DNA of 64,000 nt from a virus (Duplodnaviria; Caudoviricetes). Position numbers and translations under genes: made by a program. The notes under the pieces were generated by a model, which saw nothing but the letters and a program-made list of their open reading frames with translations, made no database searches and was not told the DNA's origin. Position 1 is the first letter of the stretch, and the number at the start of each line of letters is the position of its first letter. The stretch is taken from positions 238,582 to 302,581 of the IMG/VR virus record IMGVR_UViG_3300028591_000072. One strand, written 5' to 3'. Positions 8,962-20,005 of this stretch are shown one piece after another.

Positions 8962-11331
8962 TTAATAGTTTGATTTAATACTTGAAATATTATTTTCTTT
9001 TACAATTGTAATTATATCTGTATACCAGTCTAAATCAACGTGACATACATTTAAAATGAAATCATAATATTCTGTTATCTTGTCATAAAGTTTTTTCATG
9101 TCATCGTAATTTTCTTTTGCTACTGTTCCTAAGATTTCATCAAGCAATATAAACGGGGGCTTTGATAACTTAGATAATCTTCCAAGAATAACACGCAAAG
9201 CCAAAGATGCTTGTGTTCTTTCAAGTCCTGAAGCGGCAGACAGCCTGGTTTTTATTCCGTCACGTATTAATAAGAAATCAATATCATTTTTATCATTCAT
9301 AGTGATTTCTACGTTAAAATCGGAAACATCGTTAAGAAGTCTATGCAATTCAGCATTGATAATTGGCAATGTATTCCTGAGCACCATTTTACTGATACCA
9401 TCCTTTCCAATCATTTGTAAATAGAGCTTCCAATATTTTTCAACTTTTCTTTCTTCTTCAATTTTCACTATGAAGCTATTTTTTTGTGAAATTGCTTCAG
9501 TTATTCTTGAAATTTCCTTTTCGTCACTTGAAATTGTGGAAACTGAAGCGTTCTTGATTCTGTCTTCGGTCTTTATGTTTGTGTCTATTATATTGATTTG
9601 TGCATCAATTTCACCGTTTTTCGTTATAGCATCCTTGCTTTTGTTTACATCGGATAACAATTGGGATTGCTCTTTATAGTCAAGCCTCATTGTTGAAATG
9701 TCAGACCTTAATGTTGCAATTTTCAATTCTAATTTTGATTTTTCTTGCGATTGCTTTCTTTTTTCTTCTATCAATGCAATTTCTTTTTCAACTTCTTCAA
9801 GCCTTTTCTTTGATTCAATCCCTTCTTTTGTGTATGATTCGATTTTATTTTTATTTTCCTCTATAACTGATGAGTTATCTACATTGTCTAACTTTCGTTT
9901 GCAAGTTGGACAATATTCGGCTTTTTCCAATTTAACATTTGTATCTCTTAAATTGGTAATTAATACTCGTAATTCAGATGTTTTTGAAACCAAAGTTGAT
10001 TTTTCATTGTTTAGTTTCTTGTATTCTTCTTCTGAAAATTCTATATTTCCGTATTGCTTAAGTTGCGATTCAAGGTATTTTAGGTCTTCACCTTTTTTCT
10101 TTCCGTCTTCAACAAGTGATTTAATTTTTGCTTCAAGAGTCGTAACGTTTATTTTGAGCAAAGAAGGGTCTACTTGCTGTTTTGAAGATAATAATACATC
10201 TCTTGTTTTGCTATATTCTGTAATTTTTTTGTCACATTGTTCAATGATTGAATTGTTTTTTTCAATATCTTTTGAAATGGCTTCTTTTTGCTCTTTAAGA
10301 CCGGATATTTCTTCTTCGAGTTGTACCTTATTGTACATATCAGAATATCTTCCAACTGATATTTCTTTGTTCCATTTTTCTCTTGCCCTTACGTCCTTAT
10401 CTTCAATAACAGATAATCCAATCCATCTTGCAAGAAGTCTTCCTTTTTCTGTTTCTGTTAGCGAGATAAGGCTGTCAAGGTCCTTTGCGTTGGCGCTGAT
10501 TATCAAGTCGAAATCACTTTCATTACCGAGTGCTTCTTTAATTATTGCACTTGTTTCTTTTGCTGAAGTTCCTTGTTGGTTTTCATCCGAAAGGAGTTCT
10601 TCACTTCCATCGCAAAGTACCTTATAATATTCAACTTTATTGGTTACTGTCTTTGTCTTTTTACCCTGAGCAGGTCTTGTTAATGTTCTTTTAATGACAT
10701 AATCATCACCATCAATGTTTATACAGCCTTCAACCGTTAATGTTCTTTCATCAGGCAAATAGTTATTAAACAATTCTCCTAATGTTTTTGCCTTATCGGT
10801 GTTTGTTTTTCCAAATAACAAAAAATGCAAAATATCGTATGCAAATGTTGATTTTCCGCTTTTGTTTGCTGGCTCACCGTTGAGAAGGACCAATCCATGA
10901 AGTTTTGTAAAGTCAAAAAAGTTACTTGGACCATATGATAAGAAATTGCTCCACCTAACCCATTTAATGGAATAACTTTTTGCCTTATTGTATAATGTAT
11001 AGTCAATAAGTGAATTTATTTGGCTATCAATTTTTATAATTTCATTAAAGTCAATGTCTTCAATTTTGTTTTCAACAATGTATTGTTTCATTAATTCTTG
11101 TTGAAACTTTGGGTCATTAATGTCTTGAATGGCTTCATATGCAATTGAGCCATCTTTTCCGTGTGATGTTGAAAATTTTGGTTCAACTTTAATGTTCTTT
11201 GATGGTATTCCATATTTTTGTGCCATCAACGAAATTATGCTTTTTTCTTGCTCTTTTGAATAATTTGTTGGTGATACGTTCCACACAATACAAACTTTTG
11301 CGTTTTGGCCTATTTCTATTTTCTTCGTCAT
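8962..11331 (-). CDS. sbcC: SbcC/Rad50 (T4 gp46-like) ATPase
   Basis: NFLSYG, Walker A (NKSGKST), coiled coil with CPTC zinc hook, signature SGLE, Walker B LLDE. Confidence 0.92.
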   Translation of the reverse strand: MTKKIEIGQNAKVCIVWNVSPTNYSKEQEKSIISLMAQKYGIPSKNIKVEPKFSTSHGKDGSIAYEAIQDINDPKFQQELMKQYIVENKIEDIDFNEIIKIDSQINSLIDYTLYNKAKSYSIKWVRWSNFLSYGPSNFFDFTKLHGLVLLNGEPANKSGKSTFAYDILHFLLFGKTNTDKAKTLGELFNNYLPDERTLTVEGCINIDGDDYVIKRTLTRPAQGKKTKTVTNKVEYYKVLCDGSEELLSDENQQGTSAKETSAIIKEALGNESDFDLIISANAKDLDSLISLTETEKGRLLARWIGLSVIEDKDVRAREKWNKEISVGRYSDMYNKVQLEEEISGLKEQKEAISKDIEKNNSIIEQCDKKITEYSKTRDVLLSSKQQVDPSLLKINVTTLEAKIKSLVEDGKKKGEDLKYLESQLKQYGNIEFSEEEYKKLNNEKSTLVSKTSELRVLITNLRDTNVKLEKAEYCPTCKRKLDNVDNSSVIEENKNKIESYTKEGIESKKRLEEVEKEIALIEEKRKQSQEKSKLELKIATLRSDISTMRLDYKEQSQLLSDVNKSKDAITKNGEIDAQINIIDTNIKTEDRIKNASVSTISSDEKEISRITEAISQKNSFIVKIEEERKVEKYWKLYLQMIGKDGISKMVLRNTLPIINAELHRLLNDVSDFNVEITMNDKNDIDFLLIRDGIKTRLSAASGLERTQASLALRVILGRLSKLSKPPFILLDEILGTVAKENYDDMKKLYDKITEYYDFILNVCHVDLDWYTDIITIVKENNISSIKSNY

Positions 11332-11337
11332 ACTATG

Positions 11338-11694
11338 TTATTTTAATTCTCTTGTTCTTTTTTTTCTTGTTTCAGGCTGTTTTTTTGCCTCTTCTATATT
11401 TTCAGTAGGAATTTCATCGGGAAAAACTTCAGTTTTACTAATTGGCGTTACAGGAATTAGTTCTGTTGCAACTGGTTCAATATGCGGCTCAATTGGCTCT
11501 ACATATTTAATGGGAACTACATTACCTTTTAATTGCTCAACAATGCCAAATGGAATGTCACCATATTTTATTGTGTTTAGCCCTTTTTTTAGTAGGTCAC
11601 AGCAAAATACGTTAACTTTCAGTCCGTTTAAATCACAATATTTTTTAATATCGTTATATAAATTATCGTTTATTGATATGCTATGATTTGCCAT
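11338..11694 (-). CDS. Hypothetical protein, possible ribbon-helix-helix N-terminus
   Basis: HSISINDNLYNDIKKYCDLNGLKV. Confidence 0.6.
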   Translation of the reverse strand: MANHSISINDNLYNDIKKYCDLNGLKVNVFCCDLLKKGLNTIKYGDIPFGIVEQLKGNVVPIKYVEPIEPHIEPVATELIPVTPISKTEVFPDEIPTENIEEAKKQPETRKKRTRELK

Positions 11695-11794
11695 TTATAT
11701 TTTTTATATTATATACAAAAAAAATGTGTAAACCACAAACTTTTTATTTACAAAATCAATTAAATATGTTATTTTTTATGAAAATTGTATATAG

Positions 11795-12610
11795 ATGGAA
11801 ATTAATGAGAAAATATATCCGAGAATTATACTTGGAATGGATATAAGCACCGCTTGTATTGGCGTTTGTGTTGTTAAGGATTGTGGAGATGGCGATAAAC
11901 CTGAAATATTGTATATAGGCCATAAAACCCCCAAAGTATCAAATAAGATTAAAGGAATAGAATCTTTGTTCATTAAAAAGCAAATATTTGAAGAAGAATT
12001 TTTGCCTGAAATATCAAATGCTTTTAATATAACAGATGTTATTATAGAAGAGCCATTGCTTTCATCTAATAATGTAAATACGGTTGCTACGCTTTTAAGG
12101 TTCAACGGAATGATTTCGGAGGCAATTTACAGAATAATTGGCGTAGTTCCAAATTTCATATCTTCCTATGATGCGAGGCTTTATTCTTTTCCTGAACTTG
12201 TTTCTATAAGAAAATATAACAAAAAAGGTGAAGAATACCCATTAAAACATATCAAAAAGGCTATAGAAGAACAAAAGGCCGTTTTATTTGGCTCTTATCC
12301 ATTTGATGTGGACAAGAAAATGGTTATGATGAATATGGTGAATGAATTGTACCATGACGGAGAAATTGAATGGATATATAATAAAAAAGGCGAATTAAAA
12401 AAGGAAAATTTCGATGCTTGCGATTCTCTTATATGCGCACTTGCTTATGTAAATATAAATCACCATGGAATTGATAGTGTTAAAATTGAGGAAGCAAAAT
12501 ATTTGCCAATAACAGAAAGCAAAGAAATAAGGATTGATTATAAAGAAAAAATATGGAATAGGGTGTATGACAAGGTTTTAATAATTGAAACTGACTACTC
12601 CCACAGTTAA
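11795..12610 (+). CDS. RuvC-like Holliday junction resolvase
   Basis: ILGMDISTACIG, VIIEEP, FDACDSLICA catalytic motifs; last codons overlap an IS605-end-like hairpin. Confidence 0.8.
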   Translation: MEINEKIYPRIILGMDISTACIGVCVVKDCGDGDKPEILYIGHKTPKVSNKIKGIESLFIKKQIFEEEFLPEISNAFNITDVIIEEPLLSSNNVNTVATLLRFNGMISEAIYRIIGVVPNFISSYDARLYSFPELVSIRKYNKKGEEYPLKHIKKAIEEQKAVLFGSYPFDVDKKMVMMNMVNELYHDGEIEWIYNKKGELKKENFDACDSLICALAYVNINHHGIDSVKIEEAKYLPITESKEIRIDYKEKIWNRVYDKVLIIETDYSHS

Positions 12611-12625
12611 AACTGTGGGGTTCTT
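12591..12625 (-). mobile_element. IS200/IS605 right-end-like hairpin (copy 1 of 3)
   Basis: Reverse complement reads aagaaccccacagttttaactgtgggagtagtcag, nearly identical to 22953-22987. Confidence 0.6.
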
Positions 12626-12746
12626 GGGGCAAGATAATTGGGATTTGTTTAAAAAATTCTATTATGATAATTTTGTTTTGAATTGTGAAAAATTGACAAA
12701 AGGTATGGTAATTGAAATAGAAAAATTTTTAAGATATAGAGGCGTT

Positions 12747-12802
12747 GATGTTAATAAGGTTATAAAGTGTATAAGATGTTAATAAGGCTATAAAGTGTAT
12801 AA
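12747..12802. repeat. 28-bp tandem duplication
   Basis: gatgttaataagg(t/c)tataaagtgtataa twice. Confidence 0.85.
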
Positions 12803-12898
12803 ATAGTATTTGTATTTTTAAAGCGGTTAAAACCGCTTTTTTTATTTTTTAAAATATAGTAATTTTGTGTAAAGATGACTATTTATGATTAAGTAATA

Positions 12899-14008
12899 AT
12901 GAGAAATAAATCTAATTTTATGTCAGAATATTTAAACGACCCAAGAGAAAGGGCCATAAGGCCGGATAAAGGGATTACGCTTGAAGAAGACGATAGATTT
13001 GAAACAATGTATCATTGGGGCGCTATGGTGCTTGATTTGTGCGATTTTCCAATAGAAGAATACATGAAGCCTATGACTGTTATTTGCCAGGGTGGAAGTG
13101 GCGGAGGAGGAGATTCAGAATCAGGTGGCACGCCAACCCCAACAAAAAGAAATGTTTCAATAATAATTGATGTCATAAGTCCTGAAGGCAATGTTATTGG
13201 TCCGGATGGAAGCATAATAGGAACAACTGATGGTGACGGAACGTGGAAAGTAAGATGGGAATGGGATAAGGATTATAGTGTTGTTATTGCATCTTCTGTA
13301 AATCTATATGATAATAATGGGCAAGAGTATGTTGTTAATGCCTTGTTAATGGATAATAACAATAATAAATATGAAGCCATAATACAAGGAATTGGTGACA
13401 ATAGCATTGAAAGGATTGGAAGCTTTGGTATTGGTACAAATCCAAATGAAGCAACAAATACAGATATTAATATTAATGATTCCACATCAAATATTGTTTA
13501 TTCGATAAGCATAAAGCCAAATTCAGGACAGGAATCCATTGAGTATAACATATATTATGGGGCAAAATCAAAAAGTGAGAATTTGCGTAACGATGAACTT
13601 GAAAATATATTATTAAAGGAAGCAAACAATGAAGGAGGAGTTGCTATTGAATTTTTAGTTCCAATTTCAGACGTTTACGAAGCGGAATCTGAATTGTTTG
13701 ATAATGGTGAATCTCCATATGATGGTGACGATGCACAAGATATTTGGGATTCGTGGTCAGAACAATATGAAAATGAAAATAGATATACATTTAGATTATA
13801 TATACCTGTTGAAATAGAAGGAAATTATACCTATAATTTGTTTAATGACAATGCCGGACAATTAACAGATGCAAATCTTGTAAAAACAAATAACACACGA
13901 ACAATTAATGATATTGAATATTCTGAATATGTTAATGAAGATATTAATTATGCATATGATGATAAAATTCGCTCATTTAAATTGGTTTTTATAATAACTG
14001 ATAAATAA
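12899..14008 (+). CDS. Acidic hypothetical protein, probably virion-associated
   Basis: 369 aa with Gly linker; first gene of a structural-looking operon after ACTATTTAT (12878-12886). Confidence 0.7.
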   Translation: MRNKSNFMSEYLNDPRERAIRPDKGITLEEDDRFETMYHWGAMVLDLCDFPIEEYMKPMTVICQGGSGGGGDSESGGTPTPTKRNVSIIIDVISPEGNVIGPDGSIIGTTDGDGTWKVRWEWDKDYSVVIASSVNLYDNNGQEYVVNALLMDNNNNKYEAIIQGIGDNSIERIGSFGIGTNPNEATNTDININDSTSNIVYSISIKPNSGQESIEYNIYYGAKSKSENLRNDELENILLKEANNEGGVAIEFLVPISDVYEAESELFDNGESPYDGDDAQDIWDSWSEQYENENRYTFRLYIPVEIEGNYTYNLFNDNAGQLTDANLVKTNNTRTINDIEYSEYVNEDINYAYDDKIRSFKLVFIITDK

Positions 14009-14016
14009 ATTTAAGA

Positions 14017-16320
14017 ATGGCTAATTTAACTCAAAAACTAAATTATCCAAAAGGCTATGTGGATGAGGTGATGTCCGTTGAGACATTCGCTGATTTGTTG
14101 AATGTACCAAACGGAAATAGATTCATTGGTCTTACTGTTACTGTTTTGAATTTATATAACGGATTTCCTGCTGATTTTTGGCTAGTTGGAGGAACTGCAA
14201 AGAAAAACTGGAAATTAAAGAATTTGCCACAAGTAGATTCAAAAAACGATTTGAATGAAATTAAGGAGTTGTGCGTTTTTTCTAATTCGCAAGGAACTTT
14301 TAATTTAATAGATAATGGTTTTATTGCATCAACAAAGGATGGGAAAAGTTATACGTTTAATGGTGATGCGGGTATTTCTGAGTGGAATGAATATTTTGGA
14401 GAAATGGGGCCACAAGGCTATCAAGGACCACAGGGTGCCGATGGCGCTAATGGTGCTGACGGAGAGCAAGGCTATCAAGGACCACAAGGTGCTGATGGCA
14501 TTGATGGTGCTGACGGAGCGCAAGGCTATCAAGGACCACAAGGTGCTGATGGCATTGATGGTGCTGACGGAGCGCAAGGCTACCAAGGACAACAAGGCGC
14601 TGATGGGGTAGATGGTGTTGACGGAGCGCAAGGCTACCAAGGTCCTCAGGGTTCCGATGGCGTTAATGGTATTGACGGAGCACAAGGTTATCAAGGACCT
14701 AAGGGTTCCGATGGCGTTAATGGTATTGACGGAGCACAAGGCTACCAAGGTCCTCAGGGTTCCGATGGCGTTAATGGTATTGACGGAGCACAAGGTTATC
14801 AAGGACCTAAGGGTTCTGATGGAACAAGCGTTACTATATTAGGAACACTTGGCGATGAATCAGAACTTTATGATATAGAAAATCCTTCAAATGGTGACGG
14901 ATATATTATATACGGTGATTTGTGGGTTTATAATGGAGGCGATTGGACAAATGTCGGACCAATTAAAGGACCACAAGGTCCTCAAGGCGCTGACGGTGCT
15001 GACGGAGCGCAAGGCTACCAAGGACCTCAAGGCGCTGATGGTGCTGACGGTGCTGACGGAGCACAAGGTTATCAAGGACCTCAGGGTGCTGATGGCGCTG
15101 ATGGTGCTGACGGAGCACAAGGTTATCAAGGACCTCAAGGCGCTGATGGTGCTGACGGAGCACAAGGTTATCAAGGACCTCAAGGCGCTGATGGTGCAGG
15201 TATTACAACAAACGATATAATAGTTGCCGGTGGTCCACTTTCAGATGATGTTCAAGATAATTGGCCATCTGAATGGACTGATTTGCAAGGAAATAAAATA
15301 ATACCATCGGGTTCTACACTTGATGAAATTTTATCAAAGTTGTTCAGTAAAGAAACATGGTACATGCCATCTATAACATATGGATGGAATAATACAATAA
15401 CGAAAGCACCAACTGTAAATATTTCAACAGCACAAACTGGGAACATTGGAAACGCAACGTTAGAGGTTGGTACTATAGTATATTTCAATGGAGCAACAGC
15501 AAATACATCAGATGTAACATATAAAGTTGAATCGAGTGGATGTGATAATGGATATAAGAAATTTGAAAACGGCTCTCATATTGAAGGAAACTATTCAAAA
15601 ACATATACTTGCGTAAAAACAGGTGACTATAATTTAGAAGCATATGCAACTGGATTCAAATCTGATACTGGTGGTACAGCAACTGCATATATAACTACGC
15701 CTAATGCTAATTCCAACATTCCTGCTGAAAATAGTCCAATGTATGTGAATGATGGCCAAAATTATGTAACTGCAAGCCAAACAGGAAGAACATATAATCC
15801 TGTTAGCAGTGCCGATTTTGAATCTTTTGTTTTGCTTGCTGCATCAAATATGAATAATTATTCTCAAGATTATTCTGCTGATGTTAACTATTTACAATAT
15901 GAAGGACGTTCAGTAACAGCAAGCGGAACAAAGAAAAGTTCTACTATAACTGGATATCGTAAGTATTTCTATGGATTATTGGATAATGAAATTTCTGCAA
16001 ATATGATTAATTCAAATACGATTAGAAATTTGACAGGCTCAACGGCAGCAGCAAATGGAAACCAATGGACATTAGACATTGTTGCAGGAAAAGCACAAGT
16101 GATAATCGCAGTTCCAAAGTCTCAGTTTAATTCAATTGAAGTTTTCCAAGTATCAATTAATGATAATATACAAAATGTTGCAAGGGCAAATTGGAAAGAA
16201 GTTAATGTGGCGGGAGCAAATGGATATAAGCCAATAACATATGTTGTTTGGAGTTATTCAACGGCATCTGGCTCGTTCCCTGCAAACGATACGTATAAAA
16301 TAACATTTAAAAATGTATAA
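14017..16320 (+). CDS. Collagen-like (Gly-X-Y) fibre protein
   Basis: Long GAQGYQGPQGADG repeat tracts followed by a beta-rich C-terminal region. Confidence 0.88.
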   Translation: MANLTQKLNYPKGYVDEVMSVETFADLLNVPNGNRFIGLTVTVLNLYNGFPADFWLVGGTAKKNWKLKNLPQVDSKNDLNEIKELCVFSNSQGTFNLIDNGFIASTKDGKSYTFNGDAGISEWNEYFGEMGPQGYQGPQGADGANGADGEQGYQGPQGADGIDGADGAQGYQGPQGADGIDGADGAQGYQGQQGADGVDGVDGAQGYQGPQGSDGVNGIDGAQGYQGPKGSDGVNGIDGAQGYQGPQGSDGVNGIDGAQGYQGPKGSDGTSVTILGTLGDESELYDIENPSNGDGYIIYGDLWVYNGGDWTNVGPIKGPQGPQGADGADGAQGYQGPQGADGADGADGAQGYQGPQGADGADGADGAQGYQGPQGADGADGAQGYQGPQGADGAGITTNDIIVAGGPLSDDVQDNWPSEWTDLQGNKIIPSGSTLDEILSKLFSKETWYMPSITYGWNNTITKAPTVNISTAQTGNIGNATLEVGTIVYFNGATANTSDVTYKVESSGCDNGYKKFENGSHIEGNYSKTYTCVKTGDYNLEAYATGFKSDTGGTATAYITTPNANSNIPAENSPMYVNDGQNYVTASQTGRTYNPVSSADFESFVLLAASNMNNYSQDYSADVNYLQYEGRSVTASGTKKSSTITGYRKYFYGLLDNEISANMINSNTIRNLTGSTAAANGNQWTLDIVAGKAQVIIAVPKSQFNSIEVFQVSINDNIQNVARANWKEVNVAGANGYKPITYVVWSYSTASGSFPANDTYKITFKNV

Positions 16321-16334
16321 TGGAGGTATAATAG

Positions 16335-16898
16335 ATGAGTGCTAAAGTATTTACAAAAGAAGAATTATCAAATATTTCTGTTATAAGTTTACCAAAAGCG
16401 TATCAAAGGGCTGACCAAATACCGCTTGACCCAAGTACGATATTTGCATCATATGCAGATGCCATTGAATATGCAAGTGGTGAAAGTACTTATGGGGATA
16501 TTTCATATGCTGGACAAATTTTATCAGTAATAAATCAATCTGAAAGTAGGGTTGATGTTTATAAAATAGATTATGACGGAAGCTTAGTAAAAATTGGAGA
16601 AGGAGAATCTAAAACTCTTTCTGCACAAACATATAGCAGTGCTCTTTTGTTGGCTGAATCTGATAATATAGGAAGTATAATAAATGTAACTAATTCTGAA
16701 ACAATAAGTGGAGAAACATATTCTTCGGGCCTTTATATTGTTACTGGTCAAGGAACCGTTTCAAAATTGGGTGTTACATCAGCAACTGGTGATGTTGAGG
16801 GTGATGTAGAGGCGCTTAAAGGTCGGGTTAGTGTGTTAGAATTAACTGTTTCTGCAATTTCAGAATCTTGTTATTGGATTGAAGGTGATAATGAATAA
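16335..16898 (+). CDS. Fibre-associated hypothetical protein
   Basis: PLDPS...SYAGQILSV motif common in phage fibre modules; short C-terminal coiled coil. Confidence 0.65.
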   Translation: MSAKVFTKEELSNISVISLPKAYQRADQIPLDPSTIFASYADAIEYASGESTYGDISYAGQILSVINQSESRVDVYKIDYDGSLVKIGEGESKTLSAQTYSSALLLAESDNIGSIINVTNSETISGETYSSGLYIVTGQGTVSKLGVTSATGDVEGDVEALKGRVSVLELTVSAISESCYWIEGDNE

Positions 16899-16924
16899 AT
16901 TTTAAAACAGTTTAATGAATAGAT

Positions 16925-17356
16925 ATGGCAAAACACTTAGTTAGAAATTGGAAAGGGTCAAGGGGCTCATATAATTTGTTAAAGGCCAATAATATGATTG
17001 ACCCATGGACAAAGTATTATGTTGTTGACAATGATGGATTTAGTCAATCCATTACTGAATATTTTGGCCTAAACCCAATCAATACAAATAATGGGGATTT
17101 TGTTGCTGTTAATGATATTCTTGACGAAGCGCCATTAGAACCAAATCCATATGACAGATTTTTGATAGGTGATGATGAAAATGGCTATCATATATATGAA
17201 TATACCCCAATTAAAAATAGCGATGTCCTTGATTGCTCAATAACAGATTTTGATTGGAAACGTGGAGTTAGAGTTCGTTCAATGGGCCTAAAATGTTATG
17301 TTTATTTTAATGGCAAACTAATCACATATGATGATGTTGATTGTGGAGAATTTTAA
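16925..17356 (+). CDS. Hypothetical structural protein ending in DVDCGEF
   Basis: 143 aa; shares C-terminal DCGE(Y/F) with the 1000-2292 product. Confidence 0.65.
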   Translation: MAKHLVRNWKGSRGSYNLLKANNMIDPWTKYYVVDNDGFSQSITEYFGLNPINTNNGDFVAVNDILDEAPLEPNPYDRFLIGDDENGYHIYEYTPIKNSDVLDCSITDFDWKRGVRVRSMGLKCYVYFNGKLITYDDVDCGEF

Positions 17357-17461
17357 TATTCGATTTTTTTAATGTATTTATAGAATCCCATAACATTTTT
17401 GTTGTGGGATTTTTTGTTTTTTACAATTAATGTTTGTATCTTAGTATAAAATATTTGTTGA

Positions 17462-18511
17462 ATGCAGAGAATTTATAAAATGATTTCAAATTTGCTTGGA
17501 GAAAGCAAACAGGGGTCATATGATAATGGTATAACTCAATATCAGTTCAATTGTCCTAATTGTGCTGAGGAAAAGGGCTATGTGGACAACAAATATAATT
17601 TGGAAATATCATTTTCTATCGGAAAATATCATTGTTGGTCTTGTGGCGTTTCAGGAAATATATCTTCGTTGATAAAAAATCTTGGAGGAAAAGAACTATA
17701 TAATGAATATTTTAGAATTATTTCAGACATTAAAGAGAGTAAATATTATAATCTTGATTTGTTTAAAGATAATGGTGATATTTTTTCTGAAAAATACATA
17801 AAATTACCATCAACATTTACTAAAATAGATTTATCAACGTGTAAAAACACGAAGTTAGTTTCTTATCTTGAAAAAAGAAAAATAACACAAGATTTGATAG
17901 ATTATTATAATATAGGTATAACAAAGTGGGATGGGGAAGAATATGCTTGGAGAAACAGGATTATATTTCCATCATATAATTCTGCTGGTGATTTGAATTA
18001 TTTTGTTGGAAGAACATATTGCGACACGGACAAGAGGGTGAAATATAGGAATTGTGACGTTGACAAAACACAAATAATTTTGCATGAAGATAAGATTCAA
18101 TGGGACTGTGACATTTATCTTGTTGAGGGTGCAATAGATTGTATATATTTTCCTAACACGATTTCAATGATGGGTAAATTTTTAAAAGAGGATACTGAAT
18201 TATATAAAAAGTTGGTCCAAAAAGCAAATGCAAACATTATAATATGTCTTGATGGTGACACTGAAATAAATGAGACGAAAAGGATATATTGTACACTCAA
18301 CAAGGGTAGATTAAGCGGTAAAATAAAATACATTAGGCTTGGAAGCGATGAACTTCCATGGAAAGATTTCGGTGAAATCTATGAGGATAAAGGAAAAGAA
18401 GGAATAATAATGGCCATGAAATCGGCAAAACAATTTACAACAATAGAAATAACAGGAATATATGGTAACAAAGATAATCGCATGCGCAGATATTCACATT
18501 CCGGCAGTTAA
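17462..18511 (+). CDS. dnaG: DNA primase (DnaG-type)
   Basis: Zn-binding CPNC...HCWSC, YLEKRKI, RIIFP, FVGR, TOPRIM LVEGAID and CLDGD, KDFGE. Confidence 0.9.
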   Translation: MQRIYKMISNLLGESKQGSYDNGITQYQFNCPNCAEEKGYVDNKYNLEISFSIGKYHCWSCGVSGNISSLIKNLGGKELYNEYFRIISDIKESKYYNLDLFKDNGDIFSEKYIKLPSTFTKIDLSTCKNTKLVSYLEKRKITQDLIDYYNIGITKWDGEEYAWRNRIIFPSYNSAGDLNYFVGRTYCDTDKRVKYRNCDVDKTQIILHEDKIQWDCDIYLVEGAIDCIYFPNTISMMGKFLKEDTELYKKLVQKANANIIICLDGDTEINETKRIYCTLNKGRLSGKIKYIRLGSDELPWKDFGEIYEDKGKEGIIMAMKSAKQFTTIEITGIYGNKDNRMRRYSHSGS

Positions 18512-19319
18512 AGGAATTGATGAATTAAAAGAAATTTTATCAAAATTTATTGACCAATGCAAAAATATTATTAATGAAGAAGGAAGCGATTCTGTTAGAA
18601 TTGTTATAGCCGGCGATGTACTTCATAATAAAATTTCAATTACAAACGAATCAATTCTTGCCGCACATTGGTTTTTTTCTGAATTGGATAAATTATGTAA
18701 GACAATTGTTATAATTGGAAACCATGATTTTCTTATGAATAATATGGACAGGGTTGATTCATTAAGTCCTTTGTTTGATATTGGTGGATATAAGCAAGTT
18801 ATTTTCTTGGACAAAGAACTTGGTTGCCAATCTGGGATATATGACGATGATAATGTATCGTGGTGTTTGTATTCTTCGTTTAGTGGCTTTAATAAGCCCG
18901 ATATAGATGCACACAAGGCACTTAATGCAGAAAACGATAAAAAGGATAACTTTTACGTTGGATTAATTCACGGAGAAGTAAACGGCGCAATAACAGTAAC
19001 AAATTACGTTTCTGAAACAGGAGTTTCACAAGATATGTTCGATGGGTGTGATTTTGTCATAGCTGGGCATATACATAAAAGGCAGGAACTTAAAAAGAAC
19101 GATGTAAAGATTGTATATTGCTCAAGCATAAATCAAAAAGATTTTGGAGAATCAATTACAGGTCATGGATTTGTTCTTTGGGATATTGACGTTGATGATA
19201 AATCAGACATATCATACAAATATGTTGATGTACCAAATAAAGACTATGGATTTTATAAATTTGAAATAAACGATATTTCCGATTTGGAAAAAGATGAAGA
19301 AGAATTAATAAATTATTAA
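18462..19319 (+). CDS. sbcD: SbcD/Mre11 (T4 gp47-like) nuclease
   Basis: ADIH, AGD, GNHD, GHIH metallophosphoesterase motifs and SINQKDFGE. Confidence 0.85.
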   Translation: MVTKIIACADIHIPAVKGIDELKEILSKFIDQCKNIINEEGSDSVRIVIAGDVLHNKISITNESILAAHWFFSELDKLCKTIVIIGNHDFLMNNMDRVDSLSPLFDIGGYKQVIFLDKELGCQSGIYDDDNVSWCLYSSFSGFNKPDIDAHKALNAENDKKDNFYVGLIHGEVNGAITVTNYVSETGVSQDMFDGCDFVIAGHIHKRQELKKNDVKIVYCSSINQKDFGESITGHGFVLWDIDVDDKSDISYKYVDVPNKDYGFYKFEINDISDLEKDEEELINY

Positions 19320-19330
19320 AAATTTGAAAT

Positions 19331-19999
19331 ATGCACGAAGATTTTAGAAAATTTGCAGTTAGCAATGGAGTAAATGGACTTGTTTTTGATGATTATGCAA
19401 AAAAAACAAACACTATTATAAGTCCTACAATTGTTGAGGAACGTTCCCTTAATGCAGTTACTATTGATATTTTTTCAGCATTGATTAGGGAAAGAATTAT
19501 ATTCCTTGGAACTGAAATTAATAGCGATGTGTCAAATATCATTACATCACAGTTAATGTATTTGAATTCAATTGATTCTGATTCCGATATTAAATTGTTC
19601 ATTAATAGCCCTGGCGGTGACGTAATATCTGGCTTGGCTATTAGAGATATTATGGATTGGGTTGAACCAGACGTTTCAACATATGCAATTGGTATGGCCG
19701 CTTCCATGGGCTCTATTTTACTTTCATCAGGGGCAAAAGGCAAAAGATTTGCATTACCAAACAGTAGGGTTATGATTCATCAAGTATCATCCTATACTGG
19801 ATGGGCACAGACCTCAGATGTAAAAATCCATTACGAGGAAACAAAATCATTACAAGATACATTGTATAAAATTCTTTCTGAAAACACTGGCAAAAGTTTT
19901 GAACAAATTGAAATTGATGCCGATAGGGACCATTGGTTTTCAGCTGAAGATGCTCTTAATTATGGCCTTATTGATGAAATAATCACAAAAAAGAAATAA
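19331..19999 (+). CDS. clpP: ATP-dependent Clp protease proteolytic subunit
   Basis: RERIIFLG, INSPGG, GMAASMG (Ser), MIHQ (His), DRD (Asp), YGLIDEI. Confidence 0.96.
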   Translation: MHEDFRKFAVSNGVNGLVFDDYAKKTNTIISPTIVEERSLNAVTIDIFSALIRERIIFLGTEINSDVSNIITSQLMYLNSIDSDSDIKLFINSPGGDVISGLAIRDIMDWVEPDVSTYAIGMAASMGSILLSSGAKGKRFALPNSRVMIHQVSSYTGWAQTSDVKIHYEETKSLQDTLYKILSENTGKSFEQIEIDADRDHWFSAEDALNYGLIDEIITKKK

Positions 20000-20005
20000 A
20001 AATAT

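Noticed and set aside
9470-10627. Long antisense ORFs opposite sbcC (and similarly opposite dnaK)
   Set aside because: Ser/Phe/Leu-rich mirror of E/K-rich coiled-coil codons
12585-12802. 65-aa ORF and 28-bp duplication as a functional unit
   Set aside because: The ORF starts inside the IS-end hairpin with a weak start; the two-copy repeat looks like simple slippage
14315-15220. Alternative-frame and antisense ORFs over the first collagen gene
   Set aside because: By-products of G-X-Y codon periodicity
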